Assembly (NCBI GenBank): GCA_963664875.1
Contig: OY761611.1
Location: 576,001 to 640,000 of the forward strand
Source: Candidatus Kapaibacterium sp.
Lineage (GTDB): Bacteria > Bacteroidota > Ignavibacteria > Kapaibacteriales > UBA2268
DNA: 64,000 nt
Reading direction: 5' to 3'
Part shown: positions 9,638-19,729 of the stretch, piece after piece
How the letters are laid out: every line of letters starts with the position of its first letter
Position numbering within the stretch: the stretch's first letter is position 1
Program-made: the position numbers and the translations under genes
The notes under the pieces: model-generated
Seen by the model: only the letters and a program-made list of their open reading frames with translations
Database searches by the model: none
Told to the model about the DNA's origin: nothing

Positions 9638-12519
9638 ATTTTTACTACCCTTAAAGTGTAGATATCATCAAAGCAAATCACTCTCAGAATATAAACTCCG
9701 GCAGGATATGCACTCATATCATATTTATTGTTTTGTAAAAATGAATCTATATATTTACCATTTGAATCATATACCTCAAAACGATAATTTTGATGTACCT
9801 CCGGGATTTTTAAAAATAAAATATCAGTAATAGGGGTGTTTACAACTGAAACCAATTTGTCTTCTTCATTTTGGTCAATAGAAACAGGCAAGTAATATTT
9901 TTCTGATAAAACACTACATCCATATTGGTCTTCAATTAGAACCTGATAAAAACCCTTTCCTCGTTTAAGTATTTTGAAAGAGTTCTCAGATTCCAATACT
10001 TCTTCGTTCAAAAACCATGTATATTTATATCCATCGCTTACAAGTAAAGAGTCATCTTTATCTTCAATAAATACTTGAGTTGGCAACTCTGATTTTTTAA
10101 CTTCTAAGGTATCCGAAAAACTTACACACAATAAATCATCTAATGAAACAAACCAATATTTCCCGGGTTCAGACACTTCGATAGAATCTGAAATTATTCC
10201 ATTTGACCATATAGTTTTACCGATTGTTAAATTTGATTTTAAGATTATGTTTGTATTAGGGCATACTACTGTATCGCCAAAGAGTCTAATATTCTCATTT
10301 TTACAAGTAGGTAACTGACAACTCCATGCTCCCATACCAAAGCTTGCTGCTATAAGTCTATCATTAAAAATATCAATATCAAGGTCAGTTATTATTAAGT
10401 TAGGTAGTTTTGAACCAAATCTTGTCCAACTATTATCATATTCAGCGCGATAATAAACTCCGACATCTGTAGCAGCAAAAAGAAAATCAATTTTGCCATG
10501 ATAGATTAGTAAATCATTGACCGGAAAATTTGGAAGTCCTTCTGATAAATTTGATATTTTTCCTGCTGAGTATTCTATTACTTTTAACGTATCGTTGTAT
10601 CCGGAAAAACCCACATATATTTTGTTTTTATGCAAACTGTCGGAAAGAATAGCACTAATAGCATAATCAGTGTTTTCCAAAATCCTTTCGGATTTCTCGG
10701 TTTCACAATCATATTCATACAGATTTGTTACTGTGGAATAAAACACCTTTGTCGAATCATATTTAGATATTTCAATTAGATTGATATTGTTTTCATCTTT
10801 GATTTCTGATATTTGTCGAAATGTCCATCCACCATCATCAGTTTTCCAGAGGTTCGAATAACCTATATACAGAGATGAAGAATTTATGCTGTTTATTTGA
10901 AAAGGTGTAACCCAGTCGGCTTGCTCTTCCACCATCTCAGGAGTCAAAACTACTTTGAAAGACTTTGCAAAATCAACCGTTTTATTAAGCACACCTTCGT
11001 TAGAGATGATATACCAAGTGCTAAAACTGGTAGGATCAACCTCGGAATACATGGCATCACCTCCAATTATATGAAACCAATTATACCATTTGTCTGTATG
11101 GTATGCACCATTATCCTGAGACCCACATAAAACAAGGTTTTCATAATTTTTTGCAACGAATATCTTGTAAATCTGTGAGATATTAAGTCCATTGCTTATA
11201 TCTTTCCAAGAATTACCGTTATCTTTTGATATATAAACCCCACCGTCATTTGCTGAATAGAGTACAGAATCAATAAATACTAAATCGTGCTGATCTGCAT
11301 GCATATAAGGAGTATCATCTTTTCCAATCCAATAATTTTTAATTTCCCAATTAGTGCCTCCGTCATTACTTTCCCAGACATGGATGCCTCCAACAAATAC
11401 AATGTCAGGATTATCGGGGTGCACCGTAATTGCTAAATCATAGTGAGCCTGCCCGCCATTGCTATTACCTTCAAAATCTCTACCCAAAATGTTAGGAATG
11501 CTATGTTTTTCTACCCAAGAGGCTCCATAATCAGTACTTTTATAAAATCCGGAAAGTCCGTTATTCTGTGCATCAACTCCAATTAAATAAAGTATTTCAG
11601 GGTTAGATTCGGACTGAGCTATTCTCATTCGTGATGAAGTCGGAAAAACCTTAATTGTGTCCCATTCCAGACCTCCATTTATAGACTTTATGAAAGAAGA
11701 ACCTCCATTTTTTTTGTAGTCAACTGCATATATCAGATTCTGATCCTTATTACTCCTTATCATATTTCTAACGAAACCCGAATAAACTTTTTCCCAAGTT
11801 TCACAGGTATCTTCTGATAGATATATGCCTTTTGATGAAGAAAATAAGATTTGTGATGCATCTGAGTTTGATGATATATTAGTTATTATTCCCTGCTGAA
11901 AAGGTTGAAAATCAATTTCTGACTTGTGCCAAGTTTCGCCTTTGTTTTTTGAGTAATAAACGCCACTACTTACCGCACCTTGCATGAAGTAGCCGTTTGC
12001 ATCACCTGATGCTAAAAAGATATAGTCTGAATTATTCTTAGGAATGGAAATATCAGATATGCCGGGATATATCAAATTATCTACAGGTACATAAGTCCAT
12101 ATTGCACCTGCATCTTCAGATTTCCATAGTCCACCGGTTGCAGCTCCGACCCAAATTTTACCAGCATGGTTAGGATCCGGTTTTATCACATTTATCCTTC
12201 CTAATCCGGAAGATGGATATGTTAACTTGTTGACAGGCATTATAAAAGGACCTAATGATTCCCATTTTTCACCATGTGTTACTTCGGAAATTTGACTGAT
12301 TTGTGTTTCAATAATCCGTCCTTTTAACCGAGGCTTCCAAAAGGATTCCCATCTTTTGTATTGCTTACGTCCACGTCCTTTTTCATTTTTGAAAATATCA
12401 TATTTTTTTGAGTATTCTGTTGCTGTATTGGTAAACTCTAATTCTAGTTCCTGACTTTTAAGTTCTGAGCTAAAACAAAATAGCAAAAGAAATATATGTA
12501 TCATTACAATAGTTCGCAT
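9634..12519 (-). CDS. Secreted BNR/Asp-box beta-propeller protein with T9SS CTD (paralog 3)
   Basis: Signal peptide; Asp boxes; HADQH, GSQDNG; C-terminal YDSNGK...AGVYILRV; ATGA overlap with the next gene. Confidence 0.78.
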   Translation of the reverse strand: MRTIVMIHIFLLLFCFSSELKSQELELEFTNTATEYSKKYDIFKNEKGRGRKQYKRWESFWKPRLKGRIIETQISQISEVTHGEKWESLGPFIMPVNKLTYPSSGLGRINVIKPDPNHAGKIWVGAATGGLWKSEDAGAIWTYVPVDNLIYPGISDISIPKNNSDYIFLASGDANGYFMQGAVSSGVYYSKNKGETWHKSEIDFQPFQQGIITNISSNSDASQILFSSSKGIYLSEDTCETWEKVYSGFVRNMIRSNKDQNLIYAVDYKKNGGSSFIKSINGGLEWDTIKVFPTSSRMRIAQSESNPEILYLIGVDAQNNGLSGFYKSTDYGASWVEKHSIPNILGRDFEGNSNGGQAHYDLAITVHPDNPDIVFVGGIHVWESNDGGTNWEIKNYWIGKDDTPYMHADQHDLVFIDSVLYSANDGGVYISKDNGNSWKDISNGLNISQIYKIFVAKNYENLVLCGSQDNGAYHTDKWYNWFHIIGGDAMYSEVDPTSFSTWYIISNEGVLNKTVDFAKSFKVVLTPEMVEEQADWVTPFQINSINSSSLYIGYSNLWKTDDGGWTFRQISEIKDENNINLIEISKYDSTKVFYSTVTNLYEYDCETEKSERILENTDYAISAILSDSLHKNKIYVGFSGYNDTLKVIEYSAGKISNLSEGLPNFPVNDLLIYHGKIDFLFAATDVGVYYRAEYDNSWTRFGSKLPNLIITDLDIDIFNDRLIAASFGMGAWSCQLPTCKNENIRLFGDTVVCPNTNIILKSNLTIGKTIWSNGIISDSIEVSEPGKYWFVSLDDLLCVSFSDTLEVKKSELPTQVFIEDKDDSLLVSDGYKYTWFLNEEVLESENSFKILKRGKGFYQVLIEDQYGCSVLSEKYYLPVSIDQNEEDKLVSVVNTPITDILFLKIPEVHQNYRFEVYDSNGKYIDSFLQNNKYDMSAYPAGVYILRVICFDDIYTLRVVKI

Positions 12520-12563
12520 TCGACCAACCTATTTACTAATCAACAATATCGCAGAGTAAATAG

Positions 12564-15500
12564 TTAGTCCGTCAATATCACTTTCCTATAAAATTGCTTA
12601 TTTTGTAAGTTTACAACCAAAAAGTACATGCCGGGAGATATTCTATTTACATCTATATTAAAATAATAAAGATTTTCGTTTTTTGTTACAGCAAATTCGA
12701 TTCTTTTTCCCGAATTATCCAAAAGATATATCTCGACTCCGACATCAATGGCAGAATAGACTGAATATTCAGCACTTCCTTTGATAGGATTTTCGCCACT
12801 AATTTTTAGCCATGTACTTGCATCATCAGAAATATTCTGATTAAACAGTTTTTCTGTATTTATAATAATTTTCTTTTCTGCTATTCTACTTAATTTCGAT
12901 TTTATAGTGTAAAAAGATTTTATTTGTAAGGAATTAGTCGTTACTGTACTTGTAGATTTTGGACTCAAAACAAATTTTAACTCTTCTGTGCTATTTTTAA
13001 ACTTAGGCTGATATATCCTTATAAGCAAGCCACTTTCTGCGTTTTTAATTTCATAATTTTTCGATAGAGTCTCAAGCATTTCTTGCACAATACTAATATC
13101 ATACATTTCTGTATCGTATGAAAGTTCTATTGAAAGAGTATCAATATGTGTGAAATAACTATTGTCAACTAACACCATAGCACTTAGGTAATGAGGGGCA
13201 TAACTGTCAATTTGTAAAGTATCATCAGCTTGTATAATTGCATCATAGACATAATCTTTGGGGATTGATCCTATGAGTAATATGGTATCTTGATATTCCT
13301 TTGGTGCTGAGCACTTAAATATCATTCGACAAGTGTCAGTAATAAAATTATTCGTATAAGAAACCGAAAACGAACTCTCTACATCTAAGTCTATTGGAAA
13401 AGTTGGAATTTCCGAGAAAGAAAAATTGTTGTTATCAAAGGATACACCTTCAACGGTAATATAATTATTCTTGTTCAACAATATATCCTTGAATTCAATC
13501 TCTAATGGCTTTGCCTCAAAATAGACCACTTTCGAAGGAGACAGCATTGGTTTATTCAAATAAAAATGCAAATTTGCTTCTGATTGGGTGTTGCAATAAT
13601 GATTGTTGATTTTTAGCTTATAGATGCCGTTTTGTGCCATAGTTAAATCAATCATAAAATCGAAAAATATACTATCATTTTTATATTCTTTCGAAATAAG
13701 CTTCATGGAATTTGGAACTTCAACATGTAAATGCCCTATTAAATCCGGATCATTTAAAGCAACTCCGATGGTTTTGGTTACTTGAGTTGCAACTTCATCG
13801 AAAAGATAGAAACTATAATCCTGCTGCAAGTCAAATGCAATCTGATGGATTTTAATATCAATCTCTTTTGTTAAACCACAAAACAGCTCTTCAAATAACA
13901 TTGAATTATTCTTTAGATATGCAAGGTCAGAATTTAATTCCAATATAGTATCTCTTCCGGCAGGAATTGTAACATCAAAAGTTTGACCTAAAACTATTCC
14001 TTTTATACCCTCTGAAGAAAAAGAAATCGGTACTATTCCTCTATTTTTTAATTTGAATTTGAGAAGTTTATTATCTTCTGTCCCGCACACATAAATGCTC
14101 TCGTCTTCCGATTCAATTTCATAATCAGATTTAGAATATGATATATAAATTACTATGTCAGTTTTAGCTATGCAGGTATTATTCTTATAAGCTTTAATTG
14201 TTACAATGTCTGAGTATTCGCCGTTGTATTCATTGATTGGGTCGTATTTTAGAGACAATTTGCCTTTAAGAGTGTTGGAAACATTCATTGTATCTGCACC
14301 GTTAGCGAATTGCATTTCATGCAATCCATTTTTCGAGACAGCTTTTAAAGTAGCCGATTCAATATTTTTCAGATTGAAATCTATCTCATGCATAACAGGC
14401 AAACATGAATTTACAGTCCCGAAATTATACTCACTATTTTGTGTTAGTATTCGAGGAGCATGGTAATCGTTATACCCTTTGATAGTATATTTGTGCCAGT
14501 TGTCGCAATCGTCAATATATTCTAAATCTGCAAAAGTAGTATCAGCATCGGGATTTGGATTGAAATATTTAATTTCGCATTGAATTAGCGAATCCTTCAT
14601 TAGTAAAAAAGGCAAATCTTCATTGATTTTGAATGTAAATGGTTCGTCGATATAAAAGCTTTGATCATTTATTAGTACATCTGTATTAGATATATTTTTG
14701 AACCAAAATATGAGTCTTGAATTGTTTGGTATTACCATTTTTTGTTCTGATGAAAGGAGAAATATATTCTTTTCTCTCAAAGAAAGAATCGGAGTTGTCC
14801 ATATTTCGTTTTCATCGTTATCAAAGACTTTGCAGTAATAATTCCCTGTACTGTTTACTGTGATTTTATAGCTTTCGCTCGTCATTGTGTTATTTTTATA
14901 CCATCTAAACTTATAATCTGTAGCTTGAGACTCAATTTTTAGAGTGTAATCTATTTTTTCACATGTATAGATAATGGTATCGTTTTCAGCAATAACATCA
15001 TTTATTTTAAATGCAATATTTTCTTCGGTAATCTCTATAGTATCACTTTGAGCTAAAACAGTACCACTGTTGGAATACACTATGCTATAATATTTTCCTG
15101 CCGTTATGACGAAGTAAATATCTGTAGAATCAGCACATTTTTGATGATTGTCATAATTATACCATGATGTAATATGCTCACCATCGTACTTGACTTTAAG
15201 AATTATTGGTTTCGAATTTACAATTTTTTTAGTCTCATATACAATGTCAATATTCTTTATGTATTCTCGACAATCTATTGTTTCAATATTATTTTGTAGC
15301 AACGCATAGCTGTATCCTAAACCTGTATCAACATGATAAGAACTATCAACAGGAAAAGAATAAGGAACTATTTTATATAAATAAACAGATGATTCCAAAT
15401 TGTTTTTTACATTTAAATAGTTGCTATTGACTCCCACATTATCTGCGACAAGCTCCCATTCGCCTATTTTATCCCCAATTGAATATTTTGTGCCGTGTAT

Positions 15501-16364
15501 AGGATTAACGAATGTATATGATTTGATAACATCTCTTAGGCTTCTTAAGACTAAATACCCGTACCTATTTTCATAAGCATCTTTAGTTTGAATTTTTGAC
15601 CAACTTAGTTTGATGCTGTCAGCACTTATAGATTTGCTAATACTAAAATTATTAAATTTTGGCTGTTTGAGTTCATACCAGAAGTAAGCATTTTGCGAAT
15701 AACCGGCGGCATTGATATTAGCATATCCACAAGATGGATTTTCAGATGCTATAACATAGTTTAAATATTCCGAGCAATATTGTTCAATTGATTGACCGGG
15801 ATACAAAGATAGTGACTTATATAATGACAATGATTTAGAGTAGTGTATTTTTGGCTGAGGCAGCAAATTATATATTTCTTCATTACCGAATCCATGCCCT
15901 ACAGCATGGACATGATTTTTCCCTTTATCTAAAATCTGAAGTAGATACGAATCTAGATTAATTTCAGTAGAAAAAGCCAGAGATTTATCGACAATAAGCT
16001 TGTTATCAACAGGTTCGCAAAAAGATCTGTTCTTTGCAGATATCTGAATTATGCCTTCATCTTCGAGATTCTTATAAGATTCCGGCAAATTGTCAAAATA
16101 TATGATAACACATGTACCAGCCTTTAATTTATTCCAAATATTAGAATAAGTGAGCCTGATACCGGTTTCCCACTTTCCATTCTGTGCTTCTCTTATGTAG
16201 TATCCTCGCAAATCAGTATAGTCAGCAGTTACTAATAATTCTACCCAAGCAGATTCATTATTGAATGAAGCTTTGTATTCGTTGATAACAAACTCTTGAG
16301 AGGAAGATATATTCAAGCAAAAAATAGACAACAATAAAATCATGTACCAATATTTCATAAGCAT
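12564..16364 (-). CDS. Large secreted multi-Ig-domain protein with putative N-terminal lamin-tail-like domain and T9SS CTD
   Basis: Signal peptide; FVINE...WVELL...DLRGY (LTD-like); beta-rich repeats; C-terminal NPIKG...LDNSGKR...PGMYFL...KVIL. Confidence 0.65.
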   Translation of the reverse strand: MLMKYWYMILLLSIFCLNISSSQEFVINEYKASFNNESAWVELLVTADYTDLRGYYIREAQNGKWETGIRLTYSNIWNKLKAGTCVIIYFDNLPESYKNLEDEGIIQISAKNRSFCEPVDNKLIVDKSLAFSTEINLDSYLLQILDKGKNHVHAVGHGFGNEEIYNLLPQPKIHYSKSLSLYKSLSLYPGQSIEQYCSEYLNYVIASENPSCGYANINAAGYSQNAYFWYELKQPKFNNFSISKSISADSIKLSWSKIQTKDAYENRYGYLVLRSLRDVIKSYTFVNPIHGTKYSIGDKIGEWELVADNVGVNSNYLNVKNNLESSVYLYKIVPYSFPVDSSYHVDTGLGYSYALLQNNIETIDCREYIKNIDIVYETKKIVNSKPIILKVKYDGEHITSWYNYDNHQKCADSTDIYFVITAGKYYSIVYSNSGTVLAQSDTIEITEENIAFKINDVIAENDTIIYTCEKIDYTLKIESQATDYKFRWYKNNTMTSESYKITVNSTGNYYCKVFDNDENEIWTTPILSLREKNIFLLSSEQKMVIPNNSRLIFWFKNISNTDVLINDQSFYIDEPFTFKINEDLPFLLMKDSLIQCEIKYFNPNPDADTTFADLEYIDDCDNWHKYTIKGYNDYHAPRILTQNSEYNFGTVNSCLPVMHEIDFNLKNIESATLKAVSKNGLHEMQFANGADTMNVSNTLKGKLSLKYDPINEYNGEYSDIVTIKAYKNNTCIAKTDIVIYISYSKSDYEIESEDESIYVCGTEDNKLLKFKLKNRGIVPISFSSEGIKGIVLGQTFDVTIPAGRDTILELNSDLAYLKNNSMLFEELFCGLTKEIDIKIHQIAFDLQQDYSFYLFDEVATQVTKTIGVALNDPDLIGHLHVEVPNSMKLISKEYKNDSIFFDFMIDLTMAQNGIYKLKINNHYCNTQSEANLHFYLNKPMLSPSKVVYFEAKPLEIEFKDILLNKNNYITVEGVSFDNNNFSFSEIPTFPIDLDVESSFSVSYTNNFITDTCRMIFKCSAPKEYQDTILLIGSIPKDYVYDAIIQADDTLQIDSYAPHYLSAMVLVDNSYFTHIDTLSIELSYDTEMYDISIVQEMLETLSKNYEIKNAESGLLIRIYQPKFKNSTEELKFVLSPKSTSTVTTNSLQIKSFYTIKSKLSRIAEKKIIINTEKLFNQNISDDASTWLKISGENPIKGSAEYSVYSAIDVGVEIYLLDNSGKRIEFAVTKNENLYYFNIDVNRISPGMYFLVVNLQNKQFYRKVILTD

Positions 16365-16517
16365 CCTGCTATATATTTTTCTAACATTATATCTCTATAT
16401 CATTATAATCATTTTTTTCAAGAAAATAAACTGATATTTTGATATAAAGAATAATATAGATAGTTTTTATTGCTTTATTATTATCTGTATTGTAATCATT
16501 TTATATGTTTATATTGC

Positions 16518-16552
16518 AAAAAAAAGCAAGTAGAATATTAACTACTTGCTTT
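16518..16552 (-). terminator. Intrinsic terminator after buk
   Basis: AAAGCAAGTAG / CTACTTGCTTT stem with T-run on the minus strand. Confidence 0.8.
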
Positions 16553-16577
16553 ATAAATCAATTACAGATAGAGGATA

Positions 16578-17660
16578 TTATTTATATTCTTTGATTTCCT
16601 GCTCGCCGTTAAGCGCATAAAATACACCTTCTGTCAAAGCAAGCATTTCATCTTCACCCGGATATCTTTTCACAGGAGCAATGAAGCTCACTCTTTCTTC
16701 TATCCATTGACAAAATTCTTTAGCATAAGCGATACCGCCTGTTATCAAAATTGCATCAACGTTGCCTTTCAACACAGCACCACATTGACCAACTTCTTTT
16801 GCTACCTGATAAGCCATAGCTTTAAATATTTCAGAATATTTCGTGTCACCTTCAGCATGTTTATCTTCTACAACTCGAGCGTCGTTTGTTCCAAGATAAG
16901 CCACAAATCCGCCTTTGCCGGTAATCATCTTTTTAACTTCGTGAAGCTGGTATTTACCTGAAAAACAAAGTTTAGTCAACTGACCTGCAGGCAAACCGCC
17001 GGATCTTTCCGGTGAAAAAGGTCCGTCTCCGTCAAGTCCGTTATTCACATCTATTACTCTGCCTTTTTCATGAGCACCGACAGTAATACCGCCACCAAGA
17101 TGCACTACAATTAAGTTTAAGTTTTCGTATTTAGTATTATTTTCTCTTGCGAATCTTCTTGCTACAGCTTTCTGATTTAGTGCATGAAAAATACTGATAC
17201 GAGGCACTTCAGGATGACCGGAAAATCTTGCGATATCATCGAGTTCATCAACTACAACTGGATCTACGATGAATGCGTCAACTTTTTTGTCTGATATATT
17301 TTCGATTTCGTTTGCAATCTGTCGTGCTAATATACCACCAAGATTAGAAGCATGTTCACCAAGTACTCCGGTTTTCAAATCTGCAAGCATTGTTTCATTT
17401 ACTTTATAAACTCCACCCGGAATTGGTTTTAAAAGACCTCCTCTTCCTACTACATAATCTATATCTTCAAGTTTATAACCTTGTTCTTTTAAAGATGTTA
17501 TGATTATTTTTTTTCTGAATTCATATTGCTCAAAAATAGAAGAATAGTTTGCCAATTCTTCTACGCTATGCCGCAAAGTTTTGGTAAAAACCTCATTTAT
17601 ATCTTCAAAAAGAGCAATTTTAGTAGAAGTCGATCCGGGATTGATAGAAAATATCTTCAT
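16578..17660 (-). CDS. buk: Butyrate (branched-chain carboxylate) kinase
   Basis: INPGSTSTK, GRGGLL, HASNLG, VDPVVVDE, HALNQKA, HLGGG, PERSG, YPGEDE. Confidence 0.95.
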   Translation of the reverse strand: MKIFSINPGSTSTKIALFEDINEVFTKTLRHSVEELANYSSIFEQYEFRKKIIITSLKEQGYKLEDIDYVVGRGGLLKPIPGGVYKVNETMLADLKTGVLGEHASNLGGILARQIANEIENISDKKVDAFIVDPVVVDELDDIARFSGHPEVPRISIFHALNQKAVARRFARENNTKYENLNLIVVHLGGGITVGAHEKGRVIDVNNGLDGDGPFSPERSGGLPAGQLTKLCFSGKYQLHEVKKMITGKGGFVAYLGTNDARVVEDKHAEGDTKYSEIFKAMAYQVAKEVGQCGAVLKGNVDAILITGGIAYAKEFCQWIEERVSFIAPVKRYPGEDEMLALTEGVFYALNGEQEIKEYK

Positions 17661-17681
17661 TACAATAATTCTCCGTTTATA

Positions 17682-18578
17682 TTAATATGAAGCTGCAAGA
17701 GCTATTGACATCAATTTGCTTCTGTCAGAATCAGCCCTTGAAGTTAGAACTATAGGAGCAGACGCACCCAAAATTACAGCAGCTACAGAAGCACCTGCCA
17801 TATAAGTAAAGCATTTGTACAATACATTGCCTACTTCAATATTTGGAGCAAAAAGTAAATCAGCATCGCCTGCAACATCACTTACAATGCCTTTGTGTTC
17901 GGAAGCTTCTTTTGATACAGCATTGTCAAATGCTAAAGGTCCATCAATAATACAACCTTTAATCTGTCCTCTTTTATTCATCTGAGTCAACGCAGCAGCA
18001 TCTATCGTAGATGGCATTTTAGGATTGACTACCTCTACAGCACCTAAACATGCTACCTTAGGAGTTGGTACCCCTAATCTATGGTACATATCAATTGCAT
18101 TATTTATGATACCAACTTTTTCCTGTAAAGTTGGTTCGATGTTTTGAGCAGCATCAGTCAATCCGATTACTTTATGATAGTTCGGGGATTCAAAAAATCC
18201 GATATGGCTTAACAAAGCACCGCTTCTTAATCCAATTTCTTTATCTAAAATTGCTTTTAAAAAATCTGCTGTTGCGATTAAGCCTTTCATAAGGATTTGA
18301 GCTTGACCGTCTCTAACCAATTTTACTGCTATCTTAGCAGTATTTCTTACATTTTCTTCGTGAATGATTTCTACATCAGTCAAATCAAAACCGATTTTGT
18401 CAGCGATTGCTTTTATGTCAGCTTCGTTACCAACTAAAATAGGTTCCACGATTCCTTGTTTTTTAGCTTCTGCAACAGCTTGTAAAACCGGTTCGTCTGC
18501 TGCTGCTGTAACAGCAATCTTCTTTTTTGGCTTAGAAGCCGCAATTTCAATAAACGAATTTAGAGATTTTAATTCCAT
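17682..18578 (-). CDS. ptb: Phosphate butyryltransferase / branched-chain phosphotransacylase
   Basis: LMKG, GPLAFDNAVS, PNIEVGNVLYK, LTSRADS; directly upstream of buk. Confidence 0.9.
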   Translation of the reverse strand: MELKSLNSFIEIAASKPKKKIAVTAAADEPVLQAVAEAKKQGIVEPILVGNEADIKAIADKIGFDLTDVEIIHEENVRNTAKIAVKLVRDGQAQILMKGLIATADFLKAILDKEIGLRSGALLSHIGFFESPNYHKVIGLTDAAQNIEPTLQEKVGIINNAIDMYHRLGVPTPKVACLGAVEVVNPKMPSTIDAAALTQMNKRGQIKGCIIDGPLAFDNAVSKEASEHKGIVSDVAGDADLLFAPNIEVGNVLYKCFTYMAGASVAAVILGASAPIVLTSRADSDRSKLMSIALAASY

Positions 18579-18629
18579 GTTTTGTAAGTCAGTATATGAA
18601 TAATATATCTATATCTATTTCTTTTTACA

Positions 18630-18637
18630 CAAATATA
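18630..18637 (-). promoter_or_regulatory. Bacteroidota-type -7 promoter element for ptb-buk
   Basis: TATATTTG (TAnnTTTG) on the minus strand with TTG 18 nt upstream, just after the pta terminator. Confidence 0.6.
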
Positions 18638-18681
18638 GCAAAATCTATGTAACTCCAATAGTAAAAGGTAATTATTAAAAC

Positions 18682-18716
18682 AAAAAAAGCGGGAAATCAT
18701 AACGAAACCCCGCTTT
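18682..18716 (-). terminator. Intrinsic terminator after pta
   Basis: AAAGCGGGG...CCCGCTTTTTTT on the minus strand. Confidence 0.75.
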
Positions 18717-18732
18717 ATTGTTAGATATATAC

Positions 18733-19713
18733 CTAAGCCATCAGAGAGCAAATTGCTGCAACATTTATCATGTCGTCAGTGCTGCAACCTCTTGATAAGT
18801 CACAATATGGCTTCTTTAAGCCTTGAACGATTGGACCTACTGCTTCAGCACCAGCCAAACGTTGCGTTAGCTTGTAACCTATATTTCCGGCATTCAGATC
18901 AGGGAATATCAAAACATTTGCATTACCTGCAACTTTTGAACCCGGGAATTTCTTTTCGCCTATTGCCGGTACTAATGCTGCATCTAACTGCATTTCACCG
19001 TCAGCAGGAATATGTGGTGCTTTTTCTTTAACTATTTTTGTAGCTTCCTGTACTTTCTCAACCAACTCATGAGCAGCACTACCATTTGTAGAAAATGATA
19101 ACATAGCTACTCGTGGAGCTTCACCAGTGATTGCCTGAAAATTAGTGGCAGAACTGATAGCAATATCAGCTAACTGTTTGTAATCAGGATTAGGATTGAC
19201 AGCACAGTCACCAAAACAAAGCATTTTATCAGGGAAAGTCATAATAAAAAAGCTACTTACAACAGAAATACCTTCTGCAACTCCAACTGTATGTATCGCT
19301 GAACGCATTACATCACCAGTTGAAGATACGTTGCCTGCAACACATACATCAATTTTTCCGGTTTCTAATAGTAAACCACCGAAATACAAAGGGTCTTTGA
19401 CTGCATCTGTTGCTTTTTCGATTGTCATACCTTTGTTTTTTCTTTTTTCGAAAAGTAAATCTGCAAATTCTGATACTAATTCAGATTCTTTAGGATTAAC
19501 TAACTCGATTCCGTTCAAATCTATATTATTTTTTTCTGCAATTGCTTCAATTTCAGAAATATTACCTAATAACATAGGACGAGCAATTTTTTCTTTCAAT
19601 AGAAAAGCTGATGCCTCTATGGATCTTATGTCGCTTCCATCAGGGAACACGACTTTTGCATTTTTAGATTTCGCTTTTGTGCGAACATCTGTAATAAATG
19701 GGTTAGTTGCCAT
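18733..19713 (-). CDS. pta: Phosphate acetyltransferase (short form)
   Basis: VSSFFIM, DCAVNPNP, AMLSFST, DGEMQLDAA, FPDLNAGNIGYK, DLSRG. Confidence 0.95.
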   Translation of the reverse strand: MATNPFITDVRTKAKSKNAKVVFPDGSDIRSIEASAFLLKEKIARPMLLGNISEIEAIAEKNNIDLNGIELVNPKESELVSEFADLLFEKRKNKGMTIEKATDAVKDPLYFGGLLLETGKIDVCVAGNVSSTGDVMRSAIHTVGVAEGISVVSSFFIMTFPDKMLCFGDCAVNPNPDYKQLADIAISSATNFQAITGEAPRVAMLSFSTNGSAAHELVEKVQEATKIVKEKAPHIPADGEMQLDAALVPAIGEKKFPGSKVAGNANVLIFPDLNAGNIGYKLTQRLAGAEAVGPIVQGLKKPYCDLSRGCSTDDMINVAAICSLMA

Positions 19714-19729
19714 TATTTGCTCCTATGAA

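Noticed and set aside
16365-16517. Very AT-rich intergenic stretch as possible ncRNA or origin
   Set aside because: No stable structure beyond the terminator and no cluster of DnaA boxes; likely just promoter DNA.
18569-18751. 60-aa ORF between pta and ptb as a leader peptide
   Set aside because: Spans the terminator and promoter, overlaps both genes, and has no supporting features.
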